This document shows positions 1-9,486 of a DNA stretch of 64,000 bases, one piece after another. The translations under genes and the position numbers were made by a program. The stretch's first letter is position 1. Each line of letters opens with the position of its first letter. The notes beneath the pieces were generated by a model. That model made no database searches and was not told the DNA's origin. It worked only from the letters and a program-made list of their open reading frames with translations. The stretch is from Squalus acanthias (Eukaryota), in NCBI GenBank assembly GCA_030390025.1, contig CM059435.1, positions 78,492,001 to 78,556,000 of the forward strand, given 5' to 3'.

Positions 1-779
1 CCGGTCTCTCACTGAAATTATAGTGGGAGACCAGTGGAACCCCCAGGGAATTTCAGGGCCTGTAGCTTCATTTACACCATAATAAATAATATCTATCAAA
101 CCATAGATACTTAAACATATAAGCTGCTTTTCTGTGAAATTTTTAGGTAGATCTAAATTAAGGGATGGAAATTTGTTGAGGCCCATTTCTGGGGAGAGGG
201 AGGGGAACAAGAGTGGGGTGATCTTGGGCCAGCAGCAGCCTTCAGGAGTGCTGTGGAGCCAGGAAGAGCACTCCTGCTTCTCTCGGCTCCACAGAAAGGT
301 AAGTGTGTAAAATTTTACTGACCTTGAGATCATATTCGGAAGCAAAAAACTGAGCAACCAACCATTACTAACCATATTATTTGGCATGATCAGGTATTAT
401 TCTGGATTCAAATGCTGATGCAGCATTTTATTCATTTTTTTCATTTGAAAAGAACTATAGAAGTGTTGACAATCATGGGATAAACATACCGTGCTCCAGA
501 GTGATCAAATCCAGGAAATAGTCACCTCTGTGGTGTTTTTGTCACACATAGATTACGTAGCTACATTATTAACTGAACATCTTCCACATCCATTATCAAA
601 CTAGTGCTTTACAACCTAAAAAAGAATCATTGACTAAAATCATACAAATCATTCTTGGTCTAAGATCTTCATTTGACAGGATCATTTAAATCATTCCTTG
701 AATCCAAAATATATCCAGATAACTAAAATAATGTGTATGGTTTTCAACTGATCCATCGCAGTTTTGACAGCCACCTCAG

Positions 780-800
780 GAAAGACAGTAGATTGTATAG
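780..800 (-). ncRNA. let-7a: let-7a-3p star strand (CUAUACAAUCUACUGUCUUUC)
   Basis: Plus strand gaaagacagtagattgtatag at 780-800 is the exact reverse complement of let-7a-3p. Confidence 0.93.
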
Positions 801-828
801 TTATCTGACCGGAAGGGTGTAACCCTAA

Positions 829-850
829 AACTATACAACCTACTACCTCA
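829..850 (-). ncRNA. let-7a: mature let-7a-5p (UGAGGUAGUAGGUUGUAUAGUU)
   Basis: Plus strand aactatacaacctactacctca at 829-850 is the exact reverse complement of let-7a-5p. Confidence 0.98.
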
Positions 851-1473
851 CCCCAAAGGACAGTAATATTCTGCAGCAACAACCAAGCAGGAAAATGGTG
901 TTCCTTCTGTTTATGTACCTGCATAGAAGGGAACAAGAAAGGAAACCGAGAACTGAAAGTGCAATCACATGAAAAGACTTTTCTCTATTTAGTTAAGCAA
1001 ACAGCTGAGAAAAATCTCAGTTGCCATATTGATAAGGGCAGTTATGTGTTAGTACCGTAAGCACCACAATAAAGAGGAAACTGCAACCATATTTATACCA
1101 ATATGTGTTATCACAATTAGATTGCCGACACTAGCACTTTATCAGAATACAGCATTTGATGTTTGCAAGAGCTTAACCGAAAGCAAATCATAGTAATGTG
1201 TACAAGCAATTTTTTCTATAACATATACAGTAATATATAATCAATAATATATAATAATCTGGGTGGGGAATGTGTCATATCAGCATTAACATAATCAAGG
1301 ATATTCTGTTAAGATCATGAACCGTGACAGTGAGCCTTTAACACATTACCTTTTGCATTATTGAAAATTTTCACCGTTACTGCCACTACTATGGCAACAG
1401 AGAATTGTAGTGCAGCTTTACAGCACATAATAATAACAAGAGGGTTTTTAAAACTGATGAAGTAAAACATATT

Positions 1474-1969
1474 GGCCTGGAATTTGCTCTCAGCGGCGCA
1501 GGAACGGCTTCATCTCGCGTACAGTTGCCCAGAGACTTTTCGCAGGCTTGTCACCGGAGAGTTATACTAATGGGGCATCTGACTCAGTGTGGCGCCCTCT
1601 ACAGGAGATTTGTGGCGTCTGTGAGCAGGCTAACAAGCAGGGAGGCTTTTCAACCAATCAGATTGAAGAATCCTCACTGAGAAAAACACTGCAAACCAGG
1701 AAGTAAAAATCAGGAAATATAAATTACATTTAAATCATTGTACAGGAAGCAAAATAAAGATTGGGACATACAGATGGGATTAAGGGAGAAAGATAAGAGA
1801 GCAAAACAGAAGAACTTTAAAAAAAGTTACATAATTTTAATTTTTTTTTAAATCTGCAACTTCTGATTTCCATGTTTAACTGCGCATGCCAGAAGTTGCT
1901 GTCAGATTTACCCTGTAATAAGGGCGAGCGCTGTTAGCCACGCCGTTATTATTACAGCAAAATCTGAGC
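1474..1969. mobile_element. non-autonomous DNA transposon (Harbinger-type MITE)
   Basis: Ends ggcctggaatttgct...agcaaaatctgagc are imperfect TIRs; CpG-rich termini; right end resembles the 12253-13021 element. Confidence 0.6.
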
Positions 1970-2570
1970 TGTTGTCTCTCAGATAACAAAAATGGACAGC
2001 TTTACCAAATTAAAGTACTTTACAGAAATATTTATCATCCTGCACTTCTATACAATAATGCTGTAAATATTTAAACCTGTTAAGACTCACTTTGGTTTAT
2101 AAAAGTGATCTATTTTGATGTTTCTCACTCCTAAAATTAAACACAGCTCCATATGTTTAACTGAATTTGTTTTCTGTCGCACTCATTTTAATCATAAATG
2201 TCAATCAAGGGGGTACTAAATATCTCTTTGGAAGGTTAAGCAGGCACTCCTCCTTAGTGAACAGACAAGCAGATGCAAACATGAACATTTCTGATTTCAA
2301 TTCAATCAACATTACTTAAATTGATCACGTCACCCATCTTTAAATATACTACCACGCTATCGCACAGCATAGCTTGATGTGGGTTCACTCCTTGATTCAC
2401 TATGTGATATATTCCCCATCTCAACAGATAGAGGATGTGTACTAGTACACAGGAATGCAGAGAAACGGGTGAAAGGAGGCCACATCATGCTGGATAACCT
2501 AGTTGCTAGTGCCAATATAAGAGTAGCACTGGAAGAATCTTGGGACTGGGTCACCTGCCACACAGCTAGT

Positions 2571-2666
2571 AAAGGACTGGGGCACATGGTAAAGGACTGG
2601 GGCACATGGTAAAGGACTGGGGCACATGGTAAAGGACTGGGGCACATGGTAAAGGACTGGGGCACA
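2571..2666. repeat. 20-bp tandem repeat, about 4.8 perfect copies (aaaggactggggcacatggt)
   Basis: Directly visible identical units. Confidence 0.95.
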
Positions 2667-2704
2667 CAGTCCATGAAGGCCAAAAGGAAAAGGGTAAAAC
2701 ATAC

Positions 2705-3039
2705 CAACAAAGGATGGAAAGAAATGGAGGTGGAGACTTTTTGGGTGGGTGGTTGTGAGGGTAATACAGATACCATCCAACTGCCTCCATTTAAATTTAT
2801 CCTCTGGCAATCACAAATCATCACTGGTGGTGGTCTTAGAGAAGTAATTAGCCTAGTTATTCGTGTACTTCCAAATGCAGGTTAATGCAGACTATGGGTG
2901 GCTTGCACGAGAAAAAGAAGAGAAATGGAACGATATCTTGCTGGTTTTCGAAAAGGCCAACCTGTGATGCCAACTGCTGCTCCTTTGCAGCTGGAACTTT
3001 TGCTTGTCTTCTTGCTGGCAGAGTGCAGCATCTTTTTTC
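2705..3039 (-). other. candidate non-coding exon of host transcript
   Basis: Acceptor tttttttcttgtgcttgtag|G at 3039; donors CAG|GTTGGC (2962) or TTG|GTATGT (2705); no recognisable protein in any frame. Confidence 0.3.
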
Positions 3040-3892
3040 CTACAAGCACAAGAAAAAAATTGCTTTTCAAAAAATGTAAATTTATACACTTAATGCCATA
3101 GATTATAATTTCATAATTAATGTTGGAAAATAATGCACATAAAAATTGTATGTACTATAAAATACAATGATAATTCTGCACCACAGCGCTGAAATATCTG
3201 CCACACCACCACTGACTCTTAATTCAGCAATGTCCATGTACTGTTCCACCTGCTGAGTTAGTTCATAATGGATTCGGTAGGGTTGAAAAGCATTATCTTT
3301 GCTGGAAACAGTATTGAAACTACTTCATACCTCTTGATCTGAAAGGATTCAACACTATCTTAACTAAAAGGTAATGGTAAACAATGAGGTCGCTTTATGG
3401 GGGGGGGGGGGGAGGGAGACAGAGTGAGGACTTGATGTTTTCCCTCCTGTGCCTGTTCTTGATCTCCAACCCAGATTGCAACACGGTGATCTGATTCCTC
3501 ACGGCAGACAAGGCATTTTCTGATTTGATAACTAGCAGGTGAGTGAGACTCGCGCAGAGCAACTCTCTCTTCAATATGTCTCCATCATTACAGACATCAT
3601 TACTCCCTATTCATCTTATCCCTCATGAACTACCGGAGATTGGGAACTCGCCAGGTGGAAACATGGTGGGAACCTGTGTCTAACAGCTACATGCCATAGT
3701 GTACTGAGTTCTATGATGCTTCACAAAATATTAATTTTATGGTCAGAAATCCATATGCCCTCTTGTCACTAAAAGAAGTCCCTTCTCTCTCACAGACAAA
3801 TAAGAGCTGGAGGTCAATAGACAGCTGAACAGATAGCTGAAAAAGTATCCTCTGTATCACAAACAACTGGACAACCAGCAAAGTACAGTAAT

Positions 3893-4633
3893 GGGCCGAA
3901 AATTGATCCCGGGACGCGAGAGTACGCACTGCATACTCTCGCGTATTCCCACTCCAATTGCCGGTTTTCTGCATGCCCTGCGCATGCGCTGAAAACCGGC
4001 AATTGCTCTTCTGAAAAGGGGGCGGGGCCTGATTGCATCGCGTGCGCGCTACAGGCTGCGCGCACGCTGTGCACTTCATGCTTTGGACGCGCAGGTAAGT
4101 AGGGAAGATTTTGGAAATGTAAAAAGGAGGAGTAAGACCCGCTTTTAAGAAGGTAAGTAGTGAATTAAGTATTTTTTTGAATTTTTTTTTACAGGTATAT
4201 CTTTTTTATAGACTTTAAAGACAGGTAAGTTTATTTTTATAACTTTTTAAAAGATTTTAAATTTTTTCAAAAATTTAATTTTTTATTTAAAATGGTTAAT
4301 TTAATTAACTATACTTATTTTATTAATGTGATGGTTTTTTTTAATTTAATTGAGGTTTAGCTGTTATTTTGGGGGGGTGTAAGATTCATAAGTCTCACAG
4401 CCATGCTGTGAGACTTATGAATGGAAGATGGTGTGCTGCCATTGGCTCTAACTGAGTCACGTGATCCCACAGCTCGCACGAATTAACTGCGCCGCTGGGA
4501 TACGCAAGCCCAGCACAGCTGATGTCTGGAACATCAAGTTCGTGCGAGCTGGATCAGAAAAAGCATAAGCGAGGTGAGACATCGCGGGGAAGGCTTACCC
4601 CCGCGGGAACAGAGCGAGATCAATTTCTGGGCC
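3893..4633. mobile_element. Harbinger-type MITE with internal hairpins
   Basis: TIRs gggccgaaaattgatcccg / cgagatcaatttctgggcc; CpG-rich ends, AT-rich core; internal inverted repeats including perfect 18-bp arms at 4384-4422. Confidence 0.75.
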
Positions 4634-4760
4634 AATATGTTCAAATCTCTGTGCAAATGTGCCTGATAAGGTTTTTCTGTTTGAAACGGGAAAAAGAGCC
4701 AGAGGACCCATACTGTTGTGATATCACTTGCAAGTAACACAATGATGCATTTCAACACAA

Positions 4761-5628
4761 GAACCAAGAGTTTCCACTTTGGCCGCTATCGACAATCCGA
4801 CACAAATTGCGCTAGTTTTAAGAAGTGTTTTATCTGAGGAAGGATGTTCTTGCCATGGAGGGAGTGCAGCGAAGATTTACCAGACTGATACCTGGGATGG
4901 CAGGAATGACGTATGAAGAGAGATTGGGTCGATTAGGCTTATATTCGCTAGAGTTTCGAAGAATGAGGGGATCTCATTGAAACTTATAAAATTCTAACGG
5001 GACTAGACAGACTAGATGCAGGAAGGATGTTCCCGATGGCGGGGGAGTCCAGAACCAGAGGTCACAGTCTAAGGATAAGGGGTAAGCCATTTAGGACTGA
5101 GATGAGGAATTTCTTCACCCAGAGAGTGGTGAACCTGTGGAATTCTCTACCACAGAAGGCAATTGAGGCCAATTCATTAAATATATTCAAGAAGGAGTTA
5201 GATATATTTCTTAAGGCTAAAGGGATATGGGGAGAAAGCAGGGACAGGGTACTGAATTTGGATGATCAGCCATGATCTCATTAAATGGTGGAGCAGGCTT
5301 GAGGGGCCGAATGGCCTACTCCTGCTCCTATCTTCTATGCTTCTATGTTTTTTTCCCTCAAGTTTCCGCTCAAACTCATTTGCATATCACTGGGCGCAAT
5401 TAGCAGAAACTCTCAAAGGTGATTAATTCGATTGGGGGCGTGGTCAGATTTGTGGGTAGGGCCGGATTCTAGTGCGATGTTTTTTAAACCAATGCAGAAG
5501 ATCGCGGCAACTCAATCTGTGCTGGATGTAATTTGCGTTTAAGGTTCCTCGATCTTTTGCACTGGTTTGGCCGATTTTGGGCTAATTGCACTGAAAAAAA
5601 CAGTGCAACCTAGCGAAAACTCCAGGCC
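4761..5628. mobile_element. MITE interrupted by a CR1 LINE insertion
   Basis: CpG-rich segments 4761-4829 and 5348-5628 flank the LINE; the right end gcgaaaactccaggcc has a degenerate counterpart at the left end. Confidence 0.45.
4830..5347 (+). mobile_element. CR1-clade LINE, 5'-truncated 3' end
   Basis: RT C-terminal peptide (RTRGHSLRIRG...FFTQRVVNLWNSLP), CR1 3' UTR ggccgaatggcctactcctgctcc and (ttctatg) tail. Confidence 0.92.
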
Positions 5629-6079
5629 AATTGGTTATGAGGTTTGCCAAATATCCTTTCATGGAGGAAAAATATATTGCTGTTCCTTTAAAATTATTTT
5701 AAAAATTGAATTCTTTTTAATATGTCTTTGTGCAGTATCAAAAATCTGCATCACCTTATTAAAGTAGCAACTCATTCACATAATTCAATAACATTTCTGC
5801 TTGTCTCTAGGGAAAGTGACTCAGTCTATGAATGGAGAATGCAGTCTTTTTAACTATCATTTTGAAAATGTCAAAAGTTTTTCATTTAAATAAAATATCT
5901 GTTAACTAATAATTGTCTCTTTTGTGTAAACTCTCCTCACAACAGAAATAGAATTTCTCCTGAAGCAAGAATCAGACACCTCTCAAATATTCATGCCACT
6001 GGCTTCCCACTGTGGCCTTCTCCAATCTGACTAAATTATTTCCTGGTTTAACCCCTCTTTCTAATCCCACACCAAAATT

Positions 6080-6222
6080 TAGAAGCATAGAAGATAGGAG
6101 CAGGAGTAGGCCATTCGGCCCCTCGAGCCTGCTCCACCATTTAATGAGATCATGGCTGATCATCCAAATTCAGTACCCTGTCCCTGCTTTCTCCCCATAT
6201 CTCTTGATCCCTTTAGCCTTAA
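6080..6222 (-). mobile_element. CR1 LINE 3'-end fragment
   Basis: Reverse complement is nearly identical to 5211-5345. Confidence 0.92.
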
Positions 6223-8932
6223 TAGAAATTTGTACTACAAACAACTTGACAAATCTAATATTAATATAAACACCCTCCTGTACAATTGTATTGTTAAAAA
6301 AAAAAGCACTGAGTAGTAATTTACCTTGGTTGCTTCTGTCAAAAGAAGGGCACAAGCAGGAAATGTCCCTGCACGTCAGTGAGCACCAGTTGCCATTGTG
6401 CAGGTACTAGGAACACCATCCCAGACCCATGATACTATTCACACAACTGCTGGCCGTGGTCCAAGAAAAAAATCTTCTGGTCTGTGTCTAGCAGACCAGC
6501 ATTAATTTTAAGTCCGGATGTTATTTAAAATAAAAGACAGATGGTTGGAGAAGCACTGCAAAGGTGTACTCCATCACAAGTGCTTCTTTTTGGAGCTGGT
6601 GTGTGCATGACTGACTGGCTGGAGTTACTTGTCAAGAGCCACGGCTTCCACGTACCAACCTTAAAACACAGACAAGGGACTGCATGCCCCTTGCTAATCT
6701 ATCCCTTACCATCTGTTGTTTTTATATAATAAATACAAAATTCCTTTGCATTATTCAGCTAAATAAGTCCCAATATTGCTGCTTGTCAAATCATGTGGTA
6801 TAGATGTGAGAGTCTGCTTTTTCCCAATCCTGATATTCATTCTTATTCAGTAGGGAAAATGATAAGAAATTGTTGCATTTCTACATATTATACAGAATAA
6901 TATTCTGGGCTGTGTTCCAAGATAGTAAGACATCTCAGAGTTGAGATGGTGTTGATGTATTGCAAGGGCAAGCTTATCATAGCCTCTGGATATGTTACTG
7001 CCATGTTACTCAATGCTGTATGATACTTTACATAGAATCTGTATTTTGACAAGGTGCAGAATATCTTCTTACAATGAAACATGCGAATCGTGTGCCTTTG
7101 TAAGCAGACTTCACAGATGAGCATGTGGTGTTGACAGTTGTAATTAAGAAGAATGGATGAACACAGCTGGTGTACTTTTGGTGAAAATTACAGACTCGTT
7201 TTCACATGGCAGTGAATTAAATTTTGTATTAAAAGCATTTCCGAATGAAACAATAGCATTTTTAGAATTATCTGTGTATTATGCAGTGGAACCCAATTCA
7301 GGTTGGCGAGACGGGGCTACAATGTTGCAGGCCTACCTCTGACACATGCTGCCTTTGCGTGTGGCTTCTCTGCTGGAGTGCAGGATTGCCGTATTTACCT
7401 GAAGATTTTATACTTTAACAAAGAATTCCTTAATAAGTAAGTGGTAAGTGTAGAATTTCGCATGTTGTGGTGTCACTCTGCACCAAATCACTTGCCTAAA
7501 TTATAATATCCCCATTGTTATATCAAGGATTTGGCTAGCTCTCAAATACCATAACATAACAATGGCTTATTTTATTATAGTCCATTCTTGAGTAGATCAG
7601 ATAGGATGCCAACAACAGGCCTGAGTAGATTTAAGGCCTTGTAGGTAAATCAGCACTTTTGCAATTGTCATTGTGCCATTCAACAGAAATGTATTATGCA
7701 CTCCACAGTTGCACAACAAACTTTTCAACATCTATACTAGTTTTAAAACTGTGTGTTCCTGCAATATTATTAGCAGGTCACACATTACAATGAAAAATGT
7801 GCATGTAGTTCATCAAAAAAAGTTTTCAAAAAAAGAGGAAAATATGGCTCAAAGTTAAATGTATTTAATTTAAAATCCCAGTTTAACGGGCATTTAAGTG
7901 ATATCTAATCATATTTACAAAGCAATTCAACTACACAGTTAGTTCACTGCCAGTCAATAATTTTTATGGAGAAGGTGTGTTCATTTTCATAGCTGCCTGC
8001 ACAGCTTCAGCCTTGTGCAGGGAATGCAAAATGCTTTAACTTAAAGGTAAGTAGGCAAAAATTCTTAGGACTTTTGGAAAGGCTCAAAATGCATTTCAAT
8101 CCTTTGCCAGGCTTTGGTAAGGCTAAAGGTGGAGGGAGGGAAAGGCAGCACCAAACAAAGATGAAATGACAGGAGACCAATAGTGGAGGCATGAAACTGA
8201 GTCTGTGGGAACTAATGGACCAGTGCAGGACATGACTCCCTGTTCCAGAGCTAGAAAAGTACATATGCTGCTGCATGTTGTGGGTGGAGGCAAATCTGCC
8301 CGGTTTTGTATTTCAGGGTGCCTTTCCCAAAGGATAGCAGTACATCATGGCTGGCAGGAGGTAATGGCCAGGCCAAATACTGTGTATGTTACCTGCAGGA
8401 TCTGCAAATAGGTGCAGGAAAAGACAGCACACTTTAAGGAAAATGAGAAATACCCAACAGTGTCACACATTGGATAGATGGTTCAAGATTCTATGCCATA
8501 AAGTATTACGTACCAACCTGTTCCACATTTACTGATCACCTATTCCAAGCCTCCACACAACCTTACAGCTCTTTCATTACATATCTTGCATACCATAAAA
8601 ATCCAAAGTACAATTGAGAGTCTTGCCACACTCATATCTTCCAAGAAGTTCACATCACTAACATAATCTGATACATAATCACTTACTGACACCCAGGGTG
8701 GCTTGCAGATTGGGCACATGTCTGTTATTTTGCAGGTGCTCCCTCAATTTACAGCATCTCAAAATTACTTTTCTGCTTGTACAAAATACTTGGCATATCA
8801 GGGATAATCGTGAGCGAGAGAAAGGCCTCCCTGGTGAAGGCACATCTCCTCTGACATGCTCAAGTAGCTCTGGCGTGGTCCAAAGACCAACACACTTGGG
8901 TGATAACAGATCCGCCAGGGTAGGTGTACCTC

Positions 8933-9486
8933 TTTAATTCCCCGCTCCACTCCCACTCTGATCTCTCGGTCCTCGGCCTCTTACACTGCTCCAACGAAGA
9001 TTAACGTAAGCTCGAGGAACAGCACCTCATCTTTTGATTAGGCACTTTACAGCCTTCTGGACTTAACATCGAGTTCAACAATTTCCCTCGTCCCCTATAT
9101 TTTTTTCCCCTTTTTTTCTCACATGGTAGCTGTTGATGATTCTGCCATCGCCATTTACACCTCATCTAGAGTCATCTTTTGTTTCTTAACTTGTCCCATT
9201 ACCTTCTCTTGTTGCCTTGCATCATCATCCCTTTTGTCAGTCAATCTGTTCTGCCTTCCAGCCTATCACAGTCCCTCCCTTTGTTCTTTCTTCCCCTCCT
9301 CCCTGTCCCTGCCCCTGCACTTGCTTAAAAATCTCTCTTCTCTAACCTTTTCCAGTTCTGACAAAGGATCCTCGACCCAAAACTTTAACTCTGTTTCTCT
9401 CTCCTCGATGCTGCCTGACCTGCTGAGTGTTTCCAGCATTTTCTGTTGTTATTTCAGATTTCCAACATCCGCAGTATTTTGCTATT
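8933..9486 (+). mobile_element. Penelope-like element 3' fragment with 13-bp target-site duplication
   Basis: Encodes a GIY-YIG-region C-terminus (HSHSDLSVLGLLHCSNE..RKLEEQHLIF.LGTLQPSGLNIEFNNF). Carries a degenerate hammerhead core ctgacaaaggatcctcgacccaaaac. Flanked by gtaggtgtacctc at 8920-8932 and 9487-9499. Confidence 0.85.

Larger units (their letters stand above)
777..854 (-). ncRNA. let-7a: let-7a microRNA precursor hairpin (let-7a-3-like; Let-7-P2a group)
   Basis: Minus strand reads GGGG-TGAGGTAGTAGGTTGTATAGTT-TTAGGGTTACACCCTTCCGGTCAGATAA-CTATACAATCTACTGTCTTTC-CTG. It contains exact let-7a-5p and let-7a-3p arms that pair. The flanks ACTGTCCTTTGGGG and CCTGAGGTGGCTG form a basal stem and resemble let-7a-3 flanks as recalled (paralogue call less certain than the family call). 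Confidence 0.97.
490..918 (-). other. candidate non-coding exon containing the let-7 hairpin
   Basis: Strong acceptor ctcggtttcctttcttgttcccttctatgcag|G at 918; possible donor ACG|GTATGT at 490. Confidence 0.35.

Noticed and set aside
691-936. 81-aa ORF on the minus strand
   Set aside because: It runs straight through the let-7 hairpin, starts at a non-ATG codon and resembles no protein I recognise.
2357-2885. Overlapping ORFs with repeated peptides (VPQSFTMCPSPL, VKDWG)
   Set aside because: Artefacts of the stop-free 20-bp tandem repeat.
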